The notes under the pieces: model-generated | Database searches by the model: none | The model's input: the letters and a program-made list of their open reading frames with translations, nothing else | What the model was told of the DNA's origin: nothing | Made by a program: the position numbers and the translations under genes | From: a bacterium | Lineage (GTDB): Bacteria; UBA8248 | Direction: 5' to 3' | Assembly (NCBI GenBank): GCA_963692865.2 | Contig: OY843592.1 | Coordinates: forward strand, 2,464,001-2,528,000 | Length of the DNA stretch: 64,000 bases | In this document: positions 40,527 to 50,245 of the stretch, piece by piece | Layout: every line of letters begins with the position of its first letter | Position numbering within the stretch: position 1 is the first letter of the stretch

Positions 40527-41948
40527 GTGTCGTCAACACCCAGTGAAATACTTTGTCAGTTTGCCCATGAATTGAAATATTCTGATATTCCTCCACAAGT
40601 GGTTCACAAGGCGAAGTTGTTGATTCTCGATTTCATGGGGATTGCCCTGGCGGCCTGTTCGACGGAAATCGACAAGCCCTTGCGCGCAATGACGAATGCC
40701 ATTACTGGAAAAGTTTCGCACAGGGAAAACATTTCCGGTGTGTCAGGTTATTGCAGTGCGATAGGAGAAAAATCTCGAATTCCTGCATCCAACGCCGCTT
40801 TTTTGAACGGCGCACTGGGACATTCCCTCGACTTTGACGACACACACGCGAAGTCAATCATCCATACCGCTGCACCGGTTGTGCCAGCGGCTTTCGCGGG
40901 AGCGGAAGAATTCCAGAAAACGGGAGAAGATTTAATTCGAGCCTGTGTGGCCGGGTTCGAATCGGAAATCAGAATCGGGTTGGCCGCTCCTGGCAAATTC
41001 CATGCCCGCGGCTTCCATATGACGGCCATCGCCGGTACTTTTGGCGCCGCCATAGCGTATGCGCTTCAGAGCGGATTGAGCACTGAAAGAATGAACTGGG
41101 CTCTCGGCATATGTGGAAGCATGGCTGCTGGGCTCTTTGAATATTTGGAAAACGGAAGCCCTGTAAAAGCGCTTCATCCCGGTTGGGCGGCGCATGGTGG
41201 TATTTGTTCCACGATTCTTGCGAGCCATGATTTCGCCGGTCCACAAACAGTATTCGAGGGCAGATTCGGCTTGCTCAAAAGCCATCTCGGTGATGAAGAA
41301 TTCGACGTTGAAGCACTCACACGAAGCCTGTTTGAAACTTGGGAGACTCTGGCCATTGGTTTCAAGCCTTATCCTTGCGGCCATGTGATTCATGCGTTTT
41401 TGGATGCCGGGCTACGCCTCAAAATACGAGAGAAAATACCTCACTCCAGAATCAAAAGCATTATTTGCCATGCGTCCAAAGGAGCAATTGACCTGGTGCT
41501 CGACCCGATCCAGGTAAAGCGAAAACCCAGGGGTGAATACGATGCAAAATTCTCTTTGCCGTATTGTCTGGCGAGTATTTTTGTAAGAGACACGTGTGGA
41601 GTAGATGATTTCGAAAAAAATGCAATAGCAGACCCCGTAGTTCTGGCCCTAGCGGATAAGGTCTCCTTCACCCAGGATGACACCCAAGATTTTCCGAGGT
41701 TCTTCCCTGGCGTCGTAGAAGTTCGCCTAGATGATGGAAACACCTTTATCCAGGAAGAAAAACATCAAAGAGGATGTGCTGAAAACCCATTCACGGATGA
41801 GGATGTGTATGAGAAATTCAAGGACAATGCCCGGCGGAGTCTCTTGCCAGGAAAAGCAGAAGATTTGATGGCGATTGTGATGAATCTCGAAAATTTGGAG
41901 AACGTAAACGCAATTGGTGCATTCTTAAGAAAAGCAACTAATCATTGA
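40527..41948 (+). CDS. MmgE/PrpD family protein
   Basis: NGALGHSLDFDDTH, GFH, K.LHPG.AA, FKPYPC and AKFSLPY motifs. Confidence 0.92.
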   Translation: MSSTPSEILCQFAHELKYSDIPPQVVHKAKLLILDFMGIALAACSTEIDKPLRAMTNAITGKVSHRENISGVSGYCSAIGEKSRIPASNAAFLNGALGHSLDFDDTHAKSIIHTAAPVVPAAFAGAEEFQKTGEDLIRACVAGFESEIRIGLAAPGKFHARGFHMTAIAGTFGAAIAYALQSGLSTERMNWALGICGSMAAGLFEYLENGSPVKALHPGWAAHGGICSTILASHDFAGPQTVFEGRFGLLKSHLGDEEFDVEALTRSLFETWETLAIGFKPYPCGHVIHAFLDAGLRLKIREKIPHSRIKSIICHASKGAIDLVLDPIQVKRKPRGEYDAKFSLPYCLASIFVRDTCGVDDFEKNAIADPVVLALADKVSFTQDDTQDFPRFFPGVVEVRLDDGNTFIQEEKHQRGCAENPFTDEDVYEKFKDNARRSLLPGKAEDLMAIVMNLENLENVNAIGAFLRKATNH

Positions 41949-43011
41949 GTGGGTCTTCAATCACCGTCACAAAATCCGGCATAATGCGAAATCTGATCTC
42001 CTCGCCGATGTCTACTCTTAAGTTAGGGTGTACGCGCATTTTCAACCGGCGTCCCTTGCCGATTTCGTCAATTATTTCGACTTCCAACAGGATAGATTGC
42101 CCCACGTAGCGAATGGTGCAAACCTTCGCTCCAAAGGGGCCGTTCGGGACGATTTCAAAACTCTCGGGCCTGATGGAAATAAAAGCATCCGTGCCGAATT
42201 CAAGGTCTCGCATGGAGAGGCAGGGCACGGGCCCGATACTCGTCATCACCTCATCATAGCCGGTCGATAAAATGATGCCTTGCAAGATGTTGGTCTGCCC
42301 GACAAATCGAGCAGTGAATTCCGTGGCAGGGAATTGATAAATTTCACGAGGTGAGCCGCCTTGTTCAACTTTTCCATTTCGCATGATCAAAATATGGTCA
42401 GCCATATACATCGCTTCCTGCGGGTCGTGTGTGACCATCAACGTGGTAACGCCCATTTGTTTGATTAACCTCAGTGTATCCTCGCGCACTTGAATTCGCA
42501 GGTTGATGTCAAGCCCGGTAAATGGTTCGTCTAGAAGCAAAAGCCGGGGGAGAGGCGCTAGCGCCCGAAGCAGGGCAACGCGTTGTTGCTGGCCGCCTGA
42601 AAGAGTGTGGGGGTAAGCACCTGTTAATTCTACGATATCCATCTGGATCATTGCTCTTTGAATTTCAGCCAGCTTTTCCGGTGAAGGGTTGTTGAGGCCG
42701 AATGTGATGTTGTGCAAAACATCCATGTGAGGGAAAAGGGCGTAATCTTGGAACATGAATCCTATGTTTCTCTTTTCCGGTGGTGTCTCGATTCCATTCG
42801 TCGGTTCCGATATGACCTTTTTGTCAAGACGAATCCTCCCAGACTGCAGCGAAGTCAGCCCGGCCACCAAACGCAACAATGTTGTCTTGCCACATCCTGA
42901 AGGCCCAAGCAGACATGCAACTTCTCCCTCTTCGACAGTCAAAGACAGGTTCTCGATGACTTCTTTGGTTCCATATGAATGCGATATATTCTCAATATCG
43001 AGCTTGGCCAT
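41938..43011 (-). CDS. fbpC: Fe3+ ABC transporter ATP-binding protein
   Basis: GPSGCGKT, FQDYALFPH, LSGGQQQR, LLLDEP and THD motifs; TOBE-like tail. Confidence 0.88.
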   Translation of the reverse strand: MAKLDIENISHSYGTKEVIENLSLTVEEGEVACLLGPSGCGKTTLLRLVAGLTSLQSGRIRLDKKVISEPTNGIETPPEKRNIGFMFQDYALFPHMDVLHNITFGLNNPSPEKLAEIQRAMIQMDIVELTGAYPHTLSGGQQQRVALLRALAPLPRLLLLDEPFTGLDINLRIQVREDTLRLIKQMGVTTLMVTHDPQEAMYMADHILIMRNGKVEQGGSPREIYQFPATEFTARFVGQTNILQGIILSTGYDEVMTSIGPVPCLSMRDLEFGTDAFISIRPESFEIVPNGPFGAKVCTIRYVGQSILLEVEIIDEIGKGRRLKMRVHPNLRVDIGEEIRFRIMPDFVTVIEDPLND

Positions 43012-43025
43012 TTAGAGTGTGGTCC

Positions 43026-44720
43026 TCATCTTCCTGCACCTGGGCGCGCCTCTCGGATGGTGCGGCTCAAATAAATCACGGGCAACAAACCTGCCGCAAC
43101 GATGCTCAAAGAGCCGAGAGCGCTTTCTTCTAAAAGTTCATCCGTAGCCAGTTGGTGAACCTGTGTGGCCAGTGTTTCAAAATTAAACGGACGCAATATG
43201 ATTGTAATGGGGAGTTCTTTCATCGTATCAACAAACACCAATATCGCCGCCGCCAAGATACCGCCACGGAGCATGGGCAAATGAATTCGTTTGAGAGTTT
43301 TGGCCGGCCCTAGGCCAAGCGTCCGAGCTGCGCCATCCATGTTGGGAGTAATTCTCATCAGGCTGGCTTCCATGGTGCCATAGGAAAGCGCGAGGAAACG
43401 AGTCAGATATCCATAGGTGACGGCCGCGACCGTGCCGCTAAACAGCAAACCTGTGGAGATACCGAAAACATTACTAAGAAACCCTTGGATAAGTACATCT
43501 ATCTTGCCCATGGGAATCAGCACGCCGACGGCGAGAACTGCACCGGGTACAGCATATCCAACACTGGCGAACCTAGCAGCCGATTTGAGCAACGGTTTTT
43601 CCTGGAGACGGACGCCATACGCCAGAAAAATGCCTGCCACTACGGATAGAACTGCGCTCAAGGATGATAAAACCAGGCTGTTCGAAAGAATGGAATAAAA
43701 ATCACGTGAAATGCTTTCTTCATAATAGTTCCAAGCGTAATAGCCCAAAATAGATGACGGCAGAATGAATCCGAATCCGATTGGCAACAGACACGTGAGC
43801 ACCGCGCCCAGCATTTTTACGCCTCGCAATTGGTAACTTGGGAGGGTTTGATATTTCGTGGAAGTATTAAAATACCTTTGATTGGCGCGAGATTTTCTCT
43901 CCGCCCACAATAGAAGCAAGACAAAACACAGGGCGACAACGGCAAGTTGAGCAGCGCCTGACAGATTGTTCATGTTGAGCCACACGTCGAAGATTCCGGC
44001 AGTGAGCGTTTCCACGGCAAAGAAATCAACCGTTCCAAAGTCATTCAGCGCTTCCATCAGGGCCAGACTCACACCGATGATCAGCGATGGACGCGCCGAG
44101 GGCAGGGCTATGGAAATAAAACTCTGCCACGCGGTCTTACCCAAAGTTCTGCTCACCTCCAATATACAGACCGATTGTTGAACAAAAGCCACGCGCGCGA
44201 GCAGGTAAACATACGGGTAAAGCGTAAGCGTCATCACGAAAATCGCGCCGCCCAGAGAGCGTATCTCAGGAAACCAGTAGTCCCGACTCGATTCCCATCC
44301 AAAGATGCCGCGTAACAGCGTCTGCACCGGGCCCGCGAATTCAAAAACGTCGGTATACACATAGGCCACGACATACGCAGGCATCGCCAGGGGCAAGAGC
44401 AGCGCCCATTCAAAAATTCGTCGACCCGGAAATCGGCATAGAGTCACCAGCCACGCGGTGCTGGTCCCGATGAGCAGCGTGCCCATGCCTGCTCCCAGCA
44501 TCAGGCCGATTGTGGTCATTACATAGCGCGACAATACGGTCGTGAGCAGGTGGTGCCAGATGTCACCACTAGGCCGAAGGGCGAATATAATAACTGCCAG
44601 GAGAGGAGCCGCAATGAATAATGCGAGCAGAAGGGTTCCGCTCGTCCAGATATCCAATTGGAGCCATTTAGATGACTGCCTCGGGGAGGCGTCTATGTTA
44701 AACCCAACACCTGCACTCAT
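43026..44720 (-). CDS. fbpB: Fe3+ ABC transporter permease
   Basis: Duplicated permease with LLPLAMPAYVVAY, ALNDFGTV, GYAVPG and MKELP..LRPFNFETLA. Confidence 0.9.
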   Translation of the reverse strand: MSAGVGFNIDASPRQSSKWLQLDIWTSGTLLLALFIAAPLLAVIIFALRPSGDIWHHLLTTVLSRYVMTTIGLMLGAGMGTLLIGTSTAWLVTLCRFPGRRIFEWALLLPLAMPAYVVAYVYTDVFEFAGPVQTLLRGIFGWESSRDYWFPEIRSLGGAIFVMTLTLYPYVYLLARVAFVQQSVCILEVSRTLGKTAWQSFISIALPSARPSLIIGVSLALMEALNDFGTVDFFAVETLTAGIFDVWLNMNNLSGAAQLAVVALCFVLLLLWAERKSRANQRYFNTSTKYQTLPSYQLRGVKMLGAVLTCLLPIGFGFILPSSILGYYAWNYYEESISRDFYSILSNSLVLSSLSAVLSVVAGIFLAYGVRLQEKPLLKSAARFASVGYAVPGAVLAVGVLIPMGKIDVLIQGFLSNVFGISTGLLFSGTVAAVTYGYLTRFLALSYGTMEASLMRITPNMDGAARTLGLGPAKTLKRIHLPMLRGGILAAAILVFVDTMKELPITIILRPFNFETLATQVHQLATDELLEESALGSLSIVAAGLLPVIYLSRTIREARPGAGR

Positions 44721-44782
44721 GCCAAACCAATTACGAAATATTCTTCAAATAAATTTGCCTCTTGGAATCTTCTTACAAAAAC

Positions 44783-44838
44783 CAAGACCCCAAAAGCCCT
44801 GTATCTGCAAGAAGGATATTAAGGCTTTTGGGGTCTTG
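44783..44838. terminator. Intercistronic stem-loop after the binding-protein gene
   Basis: 16-bp perfect inverted repeat CAAGACCCCAAAAGCC / GGCTTTTGGGGTCTTG. Confidence 0.6.
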
Positions 44839-44848
44839 ATACTAGCTG

Positions 44849-45928
44849 CTAGTTGCTGGGTCTGAAGTTATTGTAATCTACCTGGTCTACCAGCTTGGAG
44901 GCGACAGTCCGCTTATTCGCCACTTCGGCCAGATTGATGGTATCGGCCTTGAATTTTCCCCATGAATCGACGAGTGGATGGGTCTTCACGCCCTCTTTCA
45001 ACGGGTATTCATAATTCTGGTCGGCGTAAAGTTTTTGCGCGTATTCGCCACTCAAGAACTCAATGAGACGAACCGCGTTATTGCGATTTTTCGCATGCTT
45101 GGTAACGGCGGCGCCGCTGATGTTAACGTGCGCGCCCCTATCCTTTTGGTTGGGAAATACGATGTATACTGCTTTCGCCCATTCTCTTTGAACTTTCTTT
45201 TTCTTGTTGGTTGCCATTTTCGCCATGTAGTAGGTGTTGGCCAAGGCGAGCTCGCATTCTCCTGCATAAATGGCTTTCGCTTGCGCACGGTCGTTGCCGC
45301 TGGGCTTACGGGCGAGGTTGGACTTGAGGCCCATCAACCATTTCTTGGCTTTCGCTTCGCCCGAATGCGCCACGATGGAGGCGAACAGAGATACGTTGTA
45401 GACGTGCTTGCCGGAACGCGTACAAATCTTGCCTTTCCACTTCGGATCAGCCAGATCCTCATAGCGGGTAATTGCACCCGGTTTTACGCGCTTTTTGCTG
45501 GCGTATATAACGCGTCCGCGAAGCGTGAGCCCAAACCAATGACCCTTGGGATGTCGATAGGACGAGGGGATGTTCTGCTCCAGTACTTTCGACTGCACGG
45601 GTTGCAATAATCCCGCCTCATCCATGTCGTGGAGACGGCCAATATCCACCGTCAACACTGCATCTGCCGCCCCTGGCGTCGCCTTGATCTTCTCAAGCAT
45701 GCCTTTTTTCGCAAAAACCACATTGGTCTTGATGCCTGTTTTTTCAGTGAACGCTTTCAAGATCGGCTTGATGAGAAACGGCTGCCGGTAAGAATATAGG
45801 TTTACAACTTCTTCGGCGCTGACAGCAGTCCTGCCCAAGAACAGGGCAGCCATCATGACAATCATGGTAATTCCAACGTACAACCTTGCACGCTTTGTTT
45901 CGTTTGATGCCGCAAACATAAGTTCCAT
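44849..45928 (-). CDS. fbpA: Fe3+ ABC transporter substrate-binding protein (FutA/FbpA type)
   Basis: Signal peptide; VNLYSYRQ, RSGKHVYN, GNDRAQ, ANTYY and HVNISG motifs. Confidence 0.9.
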   Translation of the reverse strand: MELMFAASNETKRARLYVGITMIVMMAALFLGRTAVSAEEVVNLYSYRQPFLIKPILKAFTEKTGIKTNVVFAKKGMLEKIKATPGAADAVLTVDIGRLHDMDEAGLLQPVQSKVLEQNIPSSYRHPKGHWFGLTLRGRVIYASKKRVKPGAITRYEDLADPKWKGKICTRSGKHVYNVSLFASIVAHSGEAKAKKWLMGLKSNLARKPSGNDRAQAKAIYAGECELALANTYYMAKMATNKKKKVQREWAKAVYIVFPNQKDRGAHVNISGAAVTKHAKNRNNAVRLIEFLSGEYAQKLYADQNYEYPLKEGVKTHPLVDSWGKFKADTINLAEVANKRTVASKLVDQVDYNNFRPSN

Positions 45929-46043
45929 CTCCTTTATAGGGGTGTCGGCCTGATGGCGAAATTGCGTGGATAAGTCTCAAGGCAGGCCTTGGGACAAAAA
46001 AGTCAAAACACCTACTGGAATTAGTCTAGTCGTTCAGATTCCC

Positions 46044-46574
46044 TTATTTTTTCGTCAATCCGTCAAAATCGATGACGCTGATATCGCAATGGTAAGAACA
46101 TGTCGGGCATGTATCGACGCTCTCGCAAGAACGGCGAAACTGATGAAATTTCTCTAAAATTTCCTGGTTGCCCGATTCCTCGAAAAAGCGCAGAAGGTCG
46201 AGAAACCTGTCGATGGAGTTGCCGCTCACGTAGTGTTCCATAATGCAGGCATCGATAAAGGCTTGCTTTTCTTCCACTCCCAAAACGTCTGTGAGGAAGT
46301 GCATCAAAATAGAGAATTTGCCCGATACGCCCTTGGCCCGTTTAGCGCCTTCTTCCGTCAAGAGAATGCTTTCATACACGCGATGGGAAACGAGTCCGTT
46401 GGATCGGAGCGTCTTTACCGCGGCGGAAACAGCCGGCTTCGCCACACCCAACATGGAGGCGATATCCGTCACGCGCGCGTAACCTTTGTTCTCCTGAAGG
46501 TCGAATATGGCGCGAAGATAATGTTCTAGGCTGGGCGAAAGGGAGCCGCGTGAGTGGTGAAGCTGTGGAGTCAT
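46044..46574 (-). CDS. DtxR/MntR family metal-dependent regulator with Cys-rich tail
   Basis: LEHYLRAI, ARVTDIA..LGV.KP.V, LTEEG and AC.MEH motifs; C-terminal CESVDTCPTCSYHC. Confidence 0.9.
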   Translation of the reverse strand: MTPQLHHSRGSLSPSLEHYLRAIFDLQENKGYARVTDIASMLGVAKPAVSAAVKTLRSNGLVSHRVYESILLTEEGAKRAKGVSGKFSILMHFLTDVLGVEEKQAFIDACIMEHYVSGNSIDRFLDLLRFFEESGNQEILEKFHQFRRSCESVDTCPTCSYHCDISVIDFDGLTKK

Positions 46575-46608
46575 GGTGTAAACCCTTTTTATTAAACATG
46601 TGCCACAA

Positions 46609-46654
46609 TGTTAAATTCAACTAACAATGTTACTTTTATTTTTCCGGTTGTCAA
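46609..46654 (-). promoter_or_regulatory. Sigma70 promoter and candidate operator for the dtxR-fbpABC unit
   Basis: Minus strand TTGACA-16 nt-TAACAT, followed immediately by the palindrome TGTTA-N8-TAACA (46609-46626). Confidence 0.55.
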
Positions 46655-46901
46655 GAGCAAAATGGAAAATTTTTCGCTCCATACGCAGGCAGGACAATCA
46701 GGGTGATGAGGGTTTACTTTAAATTAAATACCCAACCGATTGTTTCAAATTGTATTCAGCATCACAACAATTTTGATGAAGAGAAAACCAACCCTTGGCC
46801 TCACGGTATTTTAGTAATGGAAGGAAAAGTCGTTTGCGAGGAATTGCTGAATCATCCACATCAAAGCGGAGAAAACGATTCGTGAAATTTGAATAATGCA
46901 C

Positions 46902-47837
46902 TCATTCCAAAAATGATTGAATGGCGCCGCGAACACCCGCCCATTCCCCTAATTTTCCCAATAGAACTTTCGATGAATAGCAGGCCTGCTCGAAAGAATT
47001 TTCCTCCCAGGCTTTCTGGGCAGTCGGCAGGAAATGCTCCTTCGCGTTCACCAGCCCTCCCACGAGAACGATGCCTTCCGGATTCAGCAAATTCATGATG
47101 CTGCCGATTCCAACCCCAAGGGAATAGCCGCCATTTTTCCATATAGCCTTTGCTGCATGGTCCCCGGAATCGGCCAGTTCGGCCAAGGAAATCGGCGATA
47201 TTTTATCGAGCGACCCGATAGCGGAATCCGGGTGCCGCGCCGCATACGACTTGGCATCTCTTTCCAAAGCCCAACTCGAAAAATATGCTTCCAGACATCC
47301 GCGAGAACCGCAGGCGCACAGCTTGCCGTTTTTTTCGATTACCATATGGCCGACTTCTCCCGCCATTCCAGACGCGCCCCTCCAGATTGCTCCATTTTGA
47401 ACAAGACCTCCACCCACGCCGGTACCCAGCGTAACAATGAACATACTCTCATATCCTTCACCAGCACCGGCGAAATATTCCCCCAGCGCGGCGGCATTCG
47501 CATCGTTCATCATATGAACCGGAGTAGGAGAGAAAGCATCTTTCAACATTCTCAATAATGGTATCCCGCTAAGAGCGGGCAGATTAGGGGAATCGACAAT
47601 TGTGCCGGCGTCTGAATCCAGAACACCTGCAACGGCAACGCCAATGCCCTTGAGACGATTATTTGGATTAAGGGTTTTTGCCGCTTCGATGAATAAATCG
47701 AGATAACTTTGTGTTGTCCGGCAGAGTTTCGTATCCAGGGAGAGACGTTCTTGTAACTCTCCGTCAAGACCGAAAGACGACGCCTTGAGGAAAGATCCCC
47801 CAAGATCGAAGCCAACATAAATATCGGTGCAGGGCAA
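46902..47837 (-). CDS. ROK family sugar kinase (glucokinase-like)
   Basis: DLGGS, NDANAAALGE, TLGTGVGGG and GEVGH...CACGSRGCLE motifs. Confidence 0.93.
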   Translation of the reverse strand: MPCTDIYVGFDLGGSFLKASSFGLDGELQERLSLDTKLCRTTQSYLDLFIEAAKTLNPNNRLKGIGVAVAGVLDSDAGTIVDSPNLPALSGIPLLRMLKDAFSPTPVHMMNDANAAALGEYFAGAGEGYESMFIVTLGTGVGGGLVQNGAIWRGASGMAGEVGHMVIEKNGKLCACGSRGCLEAYFSSWALERDAKSYAARHPDSAIGSLDKISPISLAELADSGDHAAKAIWKNGGYSLGVGIGSIMNLLNPEGIVLVGGLVNAKEHFLPTAQKAWEENSFEQACYSSKVLLGKLGEWAGVRGAIQSFLE

Positions 47838-47953
47838 TAGTCAGGCCTCTGAAAAGTGGAGTCTTATCTTCCAAGTATTCTCGTTGAGGATTTTACCAAG
47901 AGGAAGGATCAGCGCAATCTATCCTTTGAGTCTACGTTGAGCAGATGAATCGG

Positions 47954-48700
47954 CTACTTCAGGGAAGCGGTCAAATCGCCAGCAACGGAAACACCTGCGG
48001 CATCCCCTTCGAATTCAACTTGGGCGATATAGCTCTCGGCATCGGAAAGCGTATCGTCCGTATCGATCATTAACGCAATGCCGCCAACTACTGGCGCCTC
48101 GGCGCCGAACACGCTTCGATAATCATCCATCACGTTTCGTTTTTCAGTAATCCATTTATCGAGGTGGTCCATACCGCTTCTGACGACGATATAATGGACC
48201 ATTGGGTTCTTGCGGCTTCTTAGAATTGTGCCTTGAGGCGCGTTTGTTTCCCAGACGTAACCAATGAATTGGCTGTTGATAAAACTGGGGAACCTGGGAA
48301 ATACGACGTAAACACCGGCCGCCTGGTCATCGGATTCACTGCTTCTCGCATCCGCGCCATCTGGCAGTTTCGTCACCTTCCATTTCCATGAGAGAACCGG
48401 AAATTTCTTGAGGTCCAGTTTCATTTCCCGGTGAATCGAAACGGACGCCTTTTCGCTTCGCATCCGAAGCACTTTCTCATCATGATTTTTGTCTTGAATC
48501 AATTTGATGTCGGGTGTTCCGCTCCAAACTTTGAGCACCCAATCTTTCGGTATTTGCTTGGAATCTGTAGCGCCCGAACTCTCGGCGAAGTCCGTCACGA
48601 CCACTTTGTCCTTTTGGGCGGACGCAGGGCAAGGCTGTTGCATGGCTACGAAGGGCACCAAAACGGCGAAAATAGCCGTCTGGAATTGCCTCATGATCAT
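47954..48700 (-). CDS. DUF3047-like exported protein
   Basis: Signal peptide; LSWKWKV, DDQAAGVYV, W..E.RNV..DY..FG and IALMIDTDDT motifs. Confidence 0.8.
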   Translation of the reverse strand: MIMRQFQTAIFAVLVPFVAMQQPCPASAQKDKVVVTDFAESSGATDSKQIPKDWVLKVWSGTPDIKLIQDKNHDEKVLRMRSEKASVSIHREMKLDLKKFPVLSWKWKVTKLPDGADARSSESDDQAAGVYVVFPRFPSFINSQFIGYVWETNAPQGTILRSRKNPMVHYIVVRSGMDHLDKWITEKRNVMDDYRSVFGAEAPVVGGIALMIDTDDTLSDAESYIAQVEFEGDAAGVSVAGDLTASLK

Positions 48701-48771
48701 GTCCTGTGGATTTCCCGGCGATTGGGCGACCCGTGGATTCACGGATAACCACCGAGATTTAAGCGGTTCCT

Positions 48772-50127
48772 TTAATTCACCAACACAATCACCATATCCA
48801 TTACGTTGGTTCCCGTCGGCCCGGTGTATAAACACGCTCGCCGTGGGTGGAGGAAATTGTAGCTGTTATTATCACGCAAATAGGTATTTGGGTCAAGCTC
48901 TTGTTTTTGCGACGTTTTTGCAGTTCTCCCGTCAACGATTGCGCCTGCCGCCTCCGTGGGGCCGTCTTTACCATCGGTGCCCGCAGCCAGGAGACAGACG
49001 TTTTGATATCCGCGAATTTCAATGGCGAACGCGAGAGCGAGCTCTTGACATCTGCCTCCCAGGCCATCCCCCAAAACCCTCACCGTTGTTTCGCCGCCGT
49101 ACAGCAGGCACTTGGGAGATTGTGTTGAATGAGAATTACCCAAAATCCTCTTGGCGTCTTCCGCAATCGATTTGCCCGCTTTATCGGCTTTACCGCTGAG
49201 AGAGCCGGTTTGCATTTCAACGCTGTAGCCCATTGATTTTGCTTTTTGATACGCTGCATGTAGAGCGATTTCGTTATTCGCCACTACATGGTGGCTCACG
49301 CGCCTGAATATTTGATCGCCGGGAGAAGGGTTACCCGGAATCTCGCCCCTGCAGCCGGCTTCAATCCTGGTTTTGACTGCTTCAGGTATTTCTCGGAAAA
49401 CACCGTAGCGTTGCAAATATGCTTTCGCCTGAACAAATGTGGACGAATCGCCGGTGGCGGGGCCGGAAGCAATCACGTCTAGTGGGTCGCCAATCACGTC
49501 GGAAACGAGAAGAACGACCATGCGAGCAGGGAAGACTTTTCGGGCCAGATTCCCGCCCTTCAGACCGGACAAGTGCTTTCGGACACAATTGAGGGCCTCG
49601 ATGGGCGCACCTGCTTGCAGCAAAGAATTCGTCACGAACTGTTTGTCATTAAGAGAAATTCCAGGCACCGGTGAGGGCATCAGGGCCGAACCTCCGCCTG
49701 AGAGAAGAAAAATCACTACATCCTCTCGCCGGGCGCCGACAGCCCGTTCTTCGATTTCCCGAGAGGCTTCCAGACCGGAGATGTCGGGAGTGGGGTGTGA
49801 TGCTTCCAGAACTTCGATGCATCTGCATCTTTCCCCATGGCCATATTGGGTGACGACGGCGCCCCCATCGATTCGTTTTCCAAGTCGTCGCTCCACCGCG
49901 CGCGCCATCTGAGAACTTGCCTTTCCCGCTCCCAAGACGATGATTCGCCCTGTTTTATCGAGAGATATTCTTTCCTTGCCGAAAACGACAAACTCTCGTT
50001 CCCTGTCGAATTTTATGTAGCGGTAAACGGCTTCACCCGCATGTGCCGCATTCAGCCCGGCCCGGAAGATTGCGCGCGCGTCTCGCTTCAAGGATCTGCG
50101 GAGTTTTGATTTTGCGTAACGAGCCAT
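48772..50127 (-). CDS. Glycerate kinase type 2 (GckA/TtuD, MOFRL domain)
   Basis: GAGKA, HPTPD, LSGGGSAL, RKHLS..KGG, SDVIGD, GGETTV, GGRCQE, TDGKDG and TGPTGTNVMD motifs. Confidence 0.93.
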   Translation of the reverse strand: MARYAKSKLRRSLKRDARAIFRAGLNAAHAGEAVYRYIKFDREREFVVFGKERISLDKTGRIIVLGAGKASSQMARAVERRLGKRIDGGAVVTQYGHGERCRCIEVLEASHPTPDISGLEASREIEERAVGARREDVVIFLLSGGGSALMPSPVPGISLNDKQFVTNSLLQAGAPIEALNCVRKHLSGLKGGNLARKVFPARMVVLLVSDVIGDPLDVIASGPATGDSSTFVQAKAYLQRYGVFREIPEAVKTRIEAGCRGEIPGNPSPGDQIFRRVSHHVVANNEIALHAAYQKAKSMGYSVEMQTGSLSGKADKAGKSIAEDAKRILGNSHSTQSPKCLLYGGETTVRVLGDGLGGRCQELALAFAIEIRGYQNVCLLAAGTDGKDGPTEAAGAIVDGRTAKTSQKQELDPNTYLRDNNSYNFLHPRRACLYTGPTGTNVMDMVIVLVN

Positions 50128-50245
50128 TTTATTGATTGAGGAAATAGAACGTGAATAGTGCTTCACCCTTTTCTTTGATCCGATGTAATCTTGATTTTAC
50201 ATGAAATCGGTGGTTCTTGCCCGGCGTCAAATTAAAGGAGAAGAA

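Noticed and set aside
45964-45972. DnaA-box-like CGTGGATAA
   Set aside because: Single imperfect copy with no cluster or origin-associated genes.
46589-46616. dif-like site (ATGTTAAAT resembles the XerD arm)
   Set aside because: No XerC-arm match at 6-bp spacing. Better explained as part of the regulator's promoter/operator.
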